Positions 48,750-60,800 of a stretch of DNA of 64,000 nt are shown here, piece by piece. Numbering within the stretch: the first letter of the stretch is position 1; the number at the start of each line of letters is the position of its first letter. A program made the translations under genes and the position numbers. This stretch comes from Psilocybe cubensis (taxonomy: Eukaryota): positions 3,658,001 to 3,722,000 of the forward strand of contig CM038998.1 in the NCBI GenBank assembly GCA_017499595.2, written 5' to 3'. The notes under the pieces are model-generated. The model was not told the origin of the DNA. It saw only the letters and a program-made list of their open reading frames with translations, and did no database searches.

Positions 48750-50338
48750 TGTTAGGAATTGACTTAAGTCAAGAAAGAAGAATGCCCAAAGACTAAGTTG
48801 ATATTGAAGCTGGGGTCTGACTACTGACCCTAGGACCCTATATATATATGGAAACCAGAGTAATTATTTCCCGGACCAGAGTACTCAACATACAACAACT
48901 ATCAATAGATGAAACAGGAGAACAATAAACATGGGACCAAACACAAAGATAGAACAAGGCATGACAGCATGGGACCGTAACAGATAACAATAATGGATAG
49001 GGGTGGCACCAATACGTACCCTGACATCACCTCCCCTCTAAAGGTTGGTGTCCCAACGACCTGGTCTTTACCATGGACGGTTTGCACCAAAGACACGAGA
49101 CGGTCCACCGCCACAATGCGCAATCTGAATTCCCTTTCTAGGCTGAACAGGCCCGGGGTAAGAGTAACCGTCAGAGTGTTGCTGCGGAGCCCTGAGAGCG
49201 TCCACCTCCATAGGCAAACCAGAGGCGAGCGACAAGGATGGGCTGGAGCAAGTGTCAACAGCCATAGGAGTGGGCAAGTGCGGAGAAGCAGTCCTGGAAC
49301 GGGGTGTCTGCATACTAGTTGGGGTAGGTAGAGCTCGAGATTGGAGTAGGAGAAGGAGGTTCAATGACAAGGGTAAGAGGGGCGGCAGTGGGCGCAGGAG
49401 GCTGTTTGGGCTTCTTGGACCTAGGGTTGCAGATGCAACAATGGGCAATCCGCTTGCCAATAGCAGAGAGAGCATTACCAACTTCACAAGCAGTATCTCT
49501 GATAGTGACAGCACGCAAACCAGAGGTGACAACAGGGGAGACCGAGATCTTTGCATGCAAGATGTCGTGGATTTGGTGTAAGCTAGTTCCCGCGTGCCCT
49601 ATGATGTGGCCAGCCTGTTTGTCTGCAATAGACAGGGTAGCAACAATCTTCTCAAGGGCGGCTTTGGTAGTAGTAGAGCAGATGGATTGAGTGTGCGGGG
49701 GCCCTGTAGTAGGGGTAGAGGTAAGTGCAGCCAGGTGTTCCTTCCTAGAGGTGCGTCAAGCGCGAGGTGCGCAAGCAGAGGAAGTGGGAGCGGCAGGCAG
49801 TTTAGGTAGGGAGGCTGCAAGGCGTTTGAGTTTAGACTCAATGGCAGACAGTCGGTCGTCAATCTTTTTATTGGCATCAAACTGGACTTGCTGCGCCCTA
49901 AAGAGGAAGGTGAAACGGTCCTCAAGAGACATTGTCATAAACCCATCGTAAGGCAAAGGAGGGTTGGCCATGGAGTATAGTAGGTGGGGGCAAGGTAGAG
50001 TAGAGTAGACAAGTGCTGCAGTGGATAGAGTATCATGGCAATGTTGGGTAGCTTCAATATGCTGTTAGGAATTGACTTAAGTCAAGAGAGAAGAATGCCC
50101 AAAGACCAAGTTAATATCAAAGCTGAGGTCTGACTACTGATCCCAGGACCCTATACATATATGGAAACCAGAGTAACTACTTCCCGGACCAGAGTACTCA
50201 ACATACAACAACTATCAATAGATGAAACAGGAGAATGATAGATGTGGGACCAAACACAAAGATAGAATAAGGCATGATAGCGTGGGACCGTAACAGATAA
50301 CAATAACGGATAGGGTGGCACCAATACATACCCTGACA
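48750..50338 (-). mobile_element. Small non-autonomous LTR retroelement (1589 bp) carrying a KH-domain ORF
   Basis: LTRs at 48750-49026 and 50063-50338 (about 21 transitions and 1 indel), TSD CTTGT/CTTAT, PPT TAGAGGGGAGGTGA, self-complementary PBS at 50050-50060. No RT, INT or PR. Confidence 0.93.
49068..49971 (-). pseudogene. KH-domain protein with coiled-coil N-terminus, Pro/Ser/Thr linkers and PMEVD tail (one stop at 49756-49758, one frameshift near 49325)
   Basis: In-frame translation IVATLSIADKQAGHIIGHAGTSLHQIHDILHAKISVSPVVTSGLRAVTIRDTACEVGNALSAIGKRI (about 49447-49647) fits the type-I KH pattern, with the IIGxxG loop at 49588-49599. Confidence 0.8.
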
Positions 50339-50760
50339 CTTATACAACACATCACCTTTGTAGTCAGTAGATTAACTTCTTTGCACCTCTTGTAGCTATG
50401 AGATTCTTCACTTATACTGGACTTTTTTCTTCCTCGTACCTCAGCCTTTTTCCTCTTTCTGCTGAGGTACATTTATTTGCTTTATTGTTATTTTACAGAG
50501 GCTGATTTAACTTACAGACTGATTTATATACTGTATACTTAAGGTCCACAATATAGCTTTTTTTCTCTTCCTGCTGAGACTGATTTGTATACTGTATACT
50601 TAAGGTTCCTTCAGGTTATGGGCCCTGATTGCGCCTAAAAACAAAAGACACAATATACTCAATAATACAGAAGGCTTACTAGATCATTTTTATAATATTT
50701 TGATACTCCAGATTCACATATCTCAAATTCAATCAACCCAGAAATCTCTGCATCAAAATA

Positions 50761-52053
50761 TTGTCCACAATGGGGGAAATTCCAAACTCTACTCATACGA
50801 CCATCAACAATATAACAATGAGCACAAAAGTCACACCAGCAAATGCCAAGGTAGACCATATCATCAATCTCAAAGGGACTTCCAATTTCATCGCATGGAG
50901 GGACAACATGCAAAACATCTTGAAAGACTGTGGAGTCTACAGACACATTGAAGGGTCTGAAAACAGGACTGCAAGATATCCTGTTTCCCCCAAACCCAAC
51001 AAACCAGCCGTAGACGTATCTGACAATATTATAGCAGTATATTGCAAATGGTGGAGTGATGACAACAGCATCAAAATTCTAATCACTTGGAAAGTGTCGG
51101 CACTTGTCAAGTCAAACCTCAACATTGGTCAAGACATCACCGCACGGATAGTCTGGAATCAAATCCTGACAAGATATGCTTGTGTCAACATTAATGCAAA
51201 ATTTGCCATTAAAAAAAAGCTTGCGTCAATGAAACTTAAAGACTACACCAAGATTGAGAAATACCTGGGAGAGTTCCGCATGGGCAAAGAACAACTCAAG
51301 GACATGGGGGTTAACTACCCCAAGAGTGACATCATACATCACATAATTCACGGCCTTCCTTCTATGGGCGCATGGCCAAACTTTAAGCAACTAATGATAC
51401 AGCTGTATCAAGATACCTTAGATCGCAATAAGACGGCTAGAGATGAAGGACGCACACTCTTTGCTCCAAATACTGCCCTTGAAAGGATCACTTCTTGCCT
51501 AACCATTGAATGTCAGTGTCTGGAGGCTGAATCTACTAGCAAGCGTCACCCACCTGGCTCCAAGTATTCCAACTTTTTGAATGACAATAGACCCATTGCA
51601 AAATATGCAAATAACCCGAACGGGGTTAGATGCACTAACTGCAAAAATTGGTCACACGATAAGGACCACTGCTGGGCAAAAGGTGGCGGGATGGAAGGTC
51701 AAGGCCCTGCTTACCATGTAGCAGTCGCAGCCAAGAGAACAGAGATGGCATCGGTTGCAATGGAGTCAACCTCTTTAGACAGCAGTGAAATATCATGTGT
51801 ATTAATTGAAGAAATTAATGACAGCGCACCAAATACACCTTTGACCACCACAACCTCTTTGCTATTGACTTCCATCCTACTTGATTTGGGTGCAACTTTG
51901 CACATCATCAAATCGCGCGCACTCTTTCATACATACTCTGAGGCTGACACGCAAAACGTTACAACGGCCAATCTTAGAACACTTCGCACGCAAGGTGGCG
52001 GCACCTGCATCATCAATGTCATGTACAGTATCAAGGAAAATCAATCCATTTAA
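50761..52053 (+). pseudogene. gag: Copia A2 Gag plus start of protease
   Basis: 430-aa ORF nearly identical to 4059-5354, with the same premature end ENQSI*. Confidence 0.9.
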
Positions 52054-52491
52054 AACTCAACAATTGTTTTCACGCTCCCAGCACCGCAGTCAATCTACTA
52101 TTTGTTAGCAGACTCTTTATTGCTGGAATTGGCTGCAACTTTGTATCTGGTGTTGGGGTACTGCTCTCTAAAGAAGACATTATCTTTGCATCCACATTAT
52201 TGATCAACGGCCTATTTGCTATGGACAACACCATGTTCGTACCAAGAGTAAAGAGAGCGCCCGTACTCAATGAATGTATCATGTTTGTCAAAGTGCCGGA
52301 AACAATGTACCTCCACCACCTTTGTTTGGGGCATCCAGGAAAGCAGACAACATGTATTCTGGTAAAGCAAATCATGAAAGCCCATATCAAAGACGATAAT
52401 ATAAAATGCAAACCTTGCATTGTTGCCAAGCATACCGCTACCCCACATCCACCAAGCTTGCTTGGCCAGCGCGCCTATCAACCACTGGAAC

Positions 52492-55259
52492 CACTAGTCT
52501 CTACCACTTTTTATGATAAAACAATAGCAAGTGTTAGCACACTCTTTTTATAACTGTTGATGGTTTTATCACAAAGCAAAATAATAAGAAGACTGGTCTA
52601 TTTCTCATAAGTTTACTTTGCTTTTTCAAAGCCTTTTTCATTAGATAATACCCTTCTTTCTCATTATCTTTAGGGCGCTTTTTCATTACCTTTTGATTAG
52701 ATACTAGCCTGGTTATTTGATAAGATTGTTCTACATTAATATATCTTATCTTTGCTTGGTCATTTCTGATGCCATGCCATCAAATCAGGAACACTGTGGG
52801 TACTTCTAGGCCATGTCTATCAATCCATCAAAGCTATTATTAAATAAACTTTTCTCTCCTTGGCCCCTTGGTCTATAAATAGTGCTCATCCTATGCTACT
52901 TTTGTGCATTGCTGGCAATGGATTGGGCGCTTTTGGGGGCATTTCTAGACCGTTTCCCTTGGTGTTTTTTGGTAGACATATAGTTTTAAAGTGTTCCAAT
53001 CCGAATATGAGATCAGAATTGCAATATCTTTACTCATTATTGTGCAATTAAGCGTATGATGTTTTGATCAAAAAGTGCACCTTGAATAGCACCATCCAGG
53101 GGCTGGTATGCACCATTTTGACCATTTCATTATTTTTTATTTATGTTAGACGGAGTACATGCCAAGTTTCAGATCAATTGGAGCAGTGGAACCTATTGAA
53201 CTAGGATGTGCACCCTACCCCTCCTCCTACCCCTTGTACAAATGCCTTCCTGATCAGATAAATTCAAGCCCAACTAGGATAAAGTAGGCGCTTATTATAC
53301 CAATTTTTAAAGCCTAAAATATTGGTAAAACTTCAAGATTTAAGGGTACTACCCCTACTCCCTCCAGAACTTGTGTATTTTATTATGGGATAGGATGGGC
53401 TCTCAGACCATTGAAAGACATGTAGATCCACTACTAACAGTACATAGAGTCCAAAATTTACCCTTAAAAGCCCTCTTCAACAAGGGAACATACTGATTTA
53501 AGGGGGGTATGAGGATAGGTATGGTAGGTTATTGATTAGGCCATATCTCTACGAATACTTCTTTGTAAATCATATTCTTGACGTCTACAGATACCTATAG
53601 TTGCCCCCTAAATATCTTTCTTAGGCTGCAAAAAGACCCGTCCATTAGCTGAGATGCTGCAGAGGGAATACCATTCTTCATCAAAATGCATAGTATTTTC
53701 GCATTTACCATATATAAATGATTATAATCAGAAAATATAAATGCAGGATAGTATAGCCTCAAAATGCAGCTTTCCAGAACATCAAGGATGTTGTGCATCG
53801 GACCAGTGGTTGCTGAGATATGGAAACAAAGGTGTTGAAGAACCCATCAGAGACCCAGATGGATATTGGCCTTTATTTATGCTTTGTTTGTGATCACCTC
53901 TTTGGCCTTTCTCCAAGATACATTTTGACATATCTCAGCTCATACTCATCGGATTTCCATGAGTCTATATACCACAGATAGGTGTCATTTAGGGCTACAC
54001 AGCCGTATAGTTTATGTATTTTATAAGTGTTATCTTTTACATCATATTTTGCTTTTCCTCCATTTTTGAACAACAATGCTTCTTCTTCTTGTACCATCTT
54101 GTTAAGCGTTCTGGTCATTTGGAAGTATGAATATAATATGTAGAGGACCTTAGTATCTATCTGTGAATGTAAGATATGTGCATTTTGGTGAAGTATAAGC
54201 GGTGATATGGTCATATTATGTTGTACATCCAATACCTTTTTATTAGCCTCATAACCAAGGTGTTCCCCTTCACTCTGAATGCTTCAAAGATATGTATTGC
54301 GTCTGTGGTACTATATAGAGCAGATTTACATACCTATATGTGCTGGGAATGGCCATTCTACCCCATAATAAAATATACAAATTCTGGAGAGGATGGGGGG
54401 TAGTACCCTTAAATCTTAGAATTGCACCAAGATTTTGGGCTCTAAAAATTGGTATAATGGACGCCTACCCAGCCCTGGTTGGGCATAAATTTATCTGATC
54501 AGGAAGGCATTTGTACAAGGGGTAGGAGGAGGGGTAGGGTGCACATCCTAGTTCAATAGGTTCCACTGCTCCAATTGATCTGAAACTTGGCATGTACTCC
54601 GTCTAACATAAATAAAAAATAATGAAATGGTCAAAATGGTGCATACCAGCCCCTGGATGGTGCTATTCAAGGTGTGCTTTTTGATCAAAACATCGTACGC
54701 TTAATTGCACAATAATGAGTAAAGATATTGCAATTCTGATCTCATATTCGGATTGGAACACTTTAAAACTATAGGTCTACCAAAAAACACCAAGGGAAAC
54801 GGTCCAGAAATGCCCCCAAAAGCGCCCAATCCATTGCCAGCAATGCACAAAAGTAGCATAGGATGAGCACTATTTATAGACCAAGGGGCCAATGAGAGAA
54901 AAGTTTATTTAATAATAGCTTTGATGGATTGATAGACATGGCCTAGAAGTACCCACAGTGTTTCTGATTTGATGGCATAGCATCAGAAATGACCAAGCAA
55001 AGATAAGATATATTGATGTAGAACAATCTTATCAAATAACCAGGCTAGTATCTAATCAAAAGGTAATGAAAAAGCGCCCTAAAGATAATGAGAAAGAAGG
55101 GTATTATCTAATGAAAAAGGCTTTGAAAAAGCGAAGTAAACTTATGAGAAATAGACCAGTCTTCTCATTATTTTGCTTTGTGATAAAACCATCAACAGTT
55201 ATAAAAAGAGTGTGCTAACACTTGCTATTGTTTTATCAAAAAGATGGTAGGTACCACTC
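52492..55259. mobile_element. Foldback (long-TIR) non-autonomous DNA element, copy FB2, complete (2768 bp)
   Basis: Near-identical inverted arms at 52492-53264 and 54488-55259, plus about 135 bp of diverged inner arm. 7-bp TSD CTGGAAC (52485-52491 and 55260-55266). The empty site is visible in A1 (about 3605-3635). Confidence 0.92.
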
Positions 55260-57378
55260 CTGGAACTTGTTGTCACTGATACGTGTGGTCCGTTTCCTGT
55301 CAAAACTTCTCATCACAAGGAGTACTTTGTTGCATTTTGCTGTGCCAGTATGAAGGTTAGTAATGTACAGCTTACCGTAGATAAAACTGCTAAAACAATA
55401 TTTGAGGCTTTCAAGATTGTACAGGCTCAATGGAAAACACGCACTGGTTGCAAGATTCAACACTTTTGCTGTGATGGGGGACCCAAGTGGAAAGGTGTCT
55501 TCTTTGCTTACCTACTCACCCAAGGTATAGAACAAGAAGTAACACCAGCGCAGAAACACTAGATAAATGGGGAAATCAAGCAGTTCATGCGTACTATTCA
55601 GGGCCGGATGTTGGCAATGATTACCATGGCCCAGCTTCCTCTAACCTATTGGGGTGAGGCTGCACTCACTGCTTCATATCTGCTTAACATCACCAGTACC
55701 AACGAGGAAGGAATAATCCCTTTTGAGAACATGTACCATTGTCCGCCAAACTTATCCCACCTTTGTGTTTGGGGTTGTCAAGTCTTTGTCCACATACCAG
55801 AAGAGTAGCAATCAAAAATGGGAGCAAAATCTATTTAGTGCAAATTTATGGGCTACCCAACCAGTGGAAAAGGGTATTGCTTCCAACATATTGAGACTGG
55901 ACACTTTTTTGACTCTTCTAATGCCATGTTTGATGAAAACATGCCCTCTATTTCTACAATTCATTCCCCTTCCACTCCATTAGATTACTCTTTTCTTCTT
56001 TTTTTCCCCAATGTTTTTAACCCATCTTGTTCCTCTAATTCTTCTTATTCCAACATTTCTTCTAACAATTTGTCTTCCGCTTCCTCCAATTCAAATTCTG
56101 TACCAAATCTTGTTGCTACTTCTTCTGATTTAGATGCTCCCAAACTTTTGAATTCCTTTTCTTCATCATCTTCCGTTCTTTCTGTAGATATCAACATTAT
56201 TCCTCCTTCAACACCCGTTCAACAACCCACCTCTTCTGATCCACCACCTACACCTATTGCTTGACGCACTCTACCACCTCCTCAATCCTCATTGCATAAA
56301 TGTCATCCTTCCACCTGCGGTCTCCTCTACAATCAACTCTGTGATGCAAAAAAAGCCAAAAGTCAATCAATCATTGAATCACACAAAGCCAATAGTGAAT
56401 GAGCATCCTCAATGTTGTCACATCCCAACGAGCAAGGGGGTAACAAAAATTCTTTCATTTTGTTATGCTCTGTTAGAATGTTAGACAATTTTTGCTCTCC
56501 ATTGACTTTTCCCAACAATGCCGAAACATCTTTTGTATCACTAGACATTGAGGATTACCTTGCCAGAGATAAAGAGGCAATATTTGAGGCAACGCTACTC
56601 TCAGTACAAAGCAATCATAGGAGGAATTCTCTTGCCCCCAACTACAACCTCAAAATTCCTCCGGCCACATACCAAGAAGCAATGCAACACTCAGATGCTA
56701 AACAGTGGAAGATTGTCATCAAAAAAGAATTCAATATGCTAAAATCAATGAAGGTTTATATTGACGAAAAACTTCCAGATGGCGCACACATCATCAGTTG
56801 TTGATGGGTATTCAAATTTAAAGTATCAGAGGATGGTGGGGAACTCATATACAAAGCAAGGCTTGTAGCGCAAGAATTTTCTCAAAAATACCTTGTTGAC
56901 TACCACGACACATTTGCTCCTGTCTCAAAATCAATCAGCACCCGCGCCATTATAATTCACACCACTCTCAATAGATGGCACATTCAATGTTTTGATGCCA
57001 CGCGAGCCTTTCTATGGGGTGATTTGTCAGAAGTGATCTACATGAGATGCCCTCTGAAATACTCTTTGCCATTTTCAAAGAGAATATGGAGATTGGTAAA
57101 GTCGCTATATGGCCTTAAACAAGCTAGCAGCGTATGGTACATTTTCATTTGTTCTACCCTCCAAGATCTAGGTTTCAAATAGTTGGAGAAAAATCACGCA
57201 ACCTTTGTGTTTGAAGGAGCATGGAATGGCAAGGACATACAGTGCTGGCTTTGCATTCACGTTGACAATGGCTTAGGCACTTTGAACTCCAAATCTTTTT
57301 TCAATTACACCAAGGCAGAAGTCAATAAGAGGTTCGGAATCAAGGACTTTGGGCCCCTACAATCATACTTGGGTGTAC

Positions 57379-57827
57379 TGTCAGGGCAACACTATAATCA
57401 GTGTGACAAGGCCACCAACAAAGATTAAGCAAGAGAGAGAGAGAGAGAGCAGAGGGAGAGTAAGAGAGCAAGAGAGAATAAGAGAGTGAGAGAGATTCAA
57501 TGGTTCTAAGAGATCATACCAATGATAGTGGATATCCTAAGAGATTGAAGCTGAAGCTACAGCTACCTACAAGTCCAGTATTTATACTCTACAGCTATTC
57601 TAGAATATTCCCTACATTACATTATAAAGGAAGGTTAAAGAATAAAAGTGACATCATATAGAAAAAGGATGAGTAAGACTAGGAATCATATAGAATTTAC
57701 TAGAAAGAAGTGGAGCAAGAAGGCTGTGATGAAAGAAATAAACTATCTAATCAGATAATTAATAAGATAATGAAAGGATAAGATAATTCTGTGAAGATAA
57801 AGAGGGGAAACTGGAGAAACCCTGACA
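57379..57827 (-). repeat. Chromovirus F 3' LTR
   Basis: TGTCAGGG...CCCTGACA inverted termini, with a GA-rich tract inside. Confidence 0.97.
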
Positions 57828-60800
57828 TCACCCCCTCTCTAAGGCACATTTTCCACAATGTGCACATGGATGGGTTAGTTTAGAGGGTTTAAGAAGAGGA
57901 GGAGGTTCAGTAAAGTTAATAATAGGAGTAAAAGAAAGTCTATCAAAGGTCACAGCAGAAATCTTTCTAGGTGCTGAAGGATGTTTGGTATGGAAGTCCT
58001 TGATAGCCTTAGAAGCATTTTTCAAATGCTCTGCAGGCTCCCAAGTGCATTCTTCATTAGGATAGTTCTTCCACTTGACCAAATATTGAAGTTTGTTTCT
58101 AAAAAGTCTGCTGTCCTTGATAAATTCAACTTCCCACTCAGGATTTTCTCCTTGAATGACAGGAGGTGGTCTAGAAGGAGGCTTTCTTCCTACAATATCT
58201 GGGTGATAAGGTAGAAGTTTAACCACATTGAACACTGGATGGATTTTCATGGTAGATGGCAGCTTAAGCTCATAGGCATTAGGGCTAATAACTTTGGTAA
58301 TTTTGTAAGGCCTATATCTTTTATCATCCAATTTCTTGGAGGGCCTATCAGTTTTGAGGTCCTTGCCATCCAACCATACCAAATCCCCAACTTTGTACTG
58401 AGTTAGAGTACCTCTGTGTCTATTATAGAATTTAGCCATATCATCAGCAGCTTTTCTAAGTGCAGACTCTGCTTCTTTCCTAGCTTCTTCCATATTTTTC
58501 ACAAAGGTATCCACAGTGTCCATTTTACTATCTCTAAGGGGTTCAGTGCCCATTCTGGGATGTCTGCCATTATTGAGCATGAATGGTGTCTGCCTGGTTG
58601 AAGCCTGAACTCTATTGTTATAAGAGAATTCAGCTAGAGCTAACCATTCAACCCAATCATCTTGTCTATGGTTTATAAAGAGTCTAAGATACTGCTCAAT
58701 TTCTTGGTTAACTCTTTCAGTCTGACCATCAGTTTGGGGATGGTAGGCTATAGATGAGGCTGTCTGGATACCAAGTATTGAGTTGAGTTCTTTCATAAAC
58801 CTTAAGACAAACTGTGGACCTCTATCACACAGAATTTTAATGGGTAAGCCATGGTGTTTCCAGACATAATCTCTGTATAGTCTGGCTGTCCCTTCAGAAG
58901 TGACTTCATCTGTAGTAGGGATAATGTGGATCATTTTACTAAGTCTATCCACAACCACCATAATGGCATTATACCCTTGACATTCTGATAACCCCATAAT
59001 AAAATCCACAGAGATGCATTGCCAGACATCAGAGGGAATCTCAGTAGGAATTAAAAGGCCAAGAGGTTTGGCTGGAAAGGTTTTGGTTCTGTTACATCTA
59101 TCACAACCTCTGGTATAGGCTGCAATAAAATGTGACATTCCTGGCCACCAATAATTCCTAGAGACTAGCTCAATTGTCTTCCATTTCCCTGGATGTCCAG
59201 CAATGAAGGCATCATGGTGCAGTTCCACAATCTTTCTTCTAAGATCTTTGTCCTTGGGAACATACACCTTCCCCCTGTAGAGAATAAGGCCTTGTTCTTC
59301 TGACCATTCCTGTCCTTCAATCTTCTTGGTAGAAGATTTCTTGAGCTCCTGAACTGCCTTGACCACCTTTTCATCCATCTCCTTAGCTTCTCTAATCTTC
59401 TTAAGAAGATCATTTTCTGCACCAGTAATGGTAGCATGACCCTGCTTGAGAGCCTGGATTTTAAAGTAGGAAGGTTTGAGGAGAACTACATTTTGGTTAT
59501 CATTCTCTCCCTTTTTATGATCTGGTCTCCTAGACAAAGCATCTGGCTTGAGAGATCTTTTACCAGGCCTATGATAAAGAGTAAAATCAAATCTGGACAG
59601 GAAGAGTGACCATCTGGCTTGCCTTCTGCTGAGCTTTTGGGCAACCATAAAGTACTCTAAGTTTTTGTGGTCTGTCCAAATCTCAAAGGAATGTTGGGTT
59701 CCTTCAAGATAATGTCTCCATTCATCTAGTGCTCTGATAATAGCCAGCATCTCTTTGTCATGGATTTCATAATTCCTTTCTACTTCAGATAGACTCTTAG
59801 ACATAAAGGATACAGGATGCCATTTCCCATCTGATCCTTCCTGAGATAAAACAGCCCCAGTAGCATAATCTGAACTGTCTGCTTTAACTTTATATGGCTT
59901 GTTATCATCAGGGAAAATCAAGACAGGTGAAGAAGTGACTTTCTTCTTTAACTGGTCAAAGGCTTCCTGCTGTCTAAGACTCCATCTCCAGACTGTTCCT
60001 TTCTTTGTCAATTCATGAAGGGGCTTAGCAATGTCTGCAAAATCCTCTATGAACCTTCTATAAAAATTAACAAATCCCAAGAATGATTGGACATCCTTGA
60101 CATTTTCAGGTTCAGGCCATTTAGAAACTCCCTCTACCTTGACAGGATCCATCTCAATCCTGCCTTGTGAAATGATTAGTCCAAGATATTCAATTTTTTC
60201 CTTTTCAAATTCACATTTCTCTGCTTTAAGGTAGAGTTTATTCTGTTCTAGGATTTGCAGAACTTGCTTGACTACCTCTCTATGATGATCAAGAGTCTCA
60301 GTGAAAATTAAAATGTCATCCATGTAGACAATGACAACATTTCCATCAATGAGCTCAATAAAGATATCATTCATTATAGTTTGGAAGGTAGCAGGACTAT
60401 TGGTTAAACCAAAGAACATGACCAATGGTTCAAACAGCCCTCTATTGGTTCTAAAGGCTGCTTTCCATTCATCTCCCTTTTTGATTCTGACATTGTTAAA
60501 TCCCCACCTAACATCAAGTTTGGTGAAGTATTTGGCTTTGCTGAGTTTGGTGATAATGTCAGAAATCAATGGAAGGGGGTAGGAGTTCTTGATGGTCATT
60601 TCATTTAGTTTCCTATAGTCCTGGACAAGCCTAAGAGATCCATCCTTCTTCTTGACAAAGAATACAGGGGAGGCCATAGGTGACTTGGAGGGTCTAATCC
60701 TGCCAGACTTCAGATTTTCCTCTAAAAAGGCATCAAGTTCCTTTTGTTCATTGGGAGAAAGAGGATAAATCTTGGATCTGTAAGGTTCAGAACCAGGTTT

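Noticed and set aside
52492-52496. Classifying the foldback element as CACTA/EnSpm
   Set aside because: The right end is not TAGTG and the TSD is 7 bp.
52860-53051. 63-aa ORF mirrored at 54701-54892
   Set aside because: Duplicated only because it lies in the inverted arms. Non-ATG start and not preserved in the FB1 left arm.
57431-57495. (GA)n microsatellite
   Set aside because: Part of the chromovirus F LTR and present in both LTRs.
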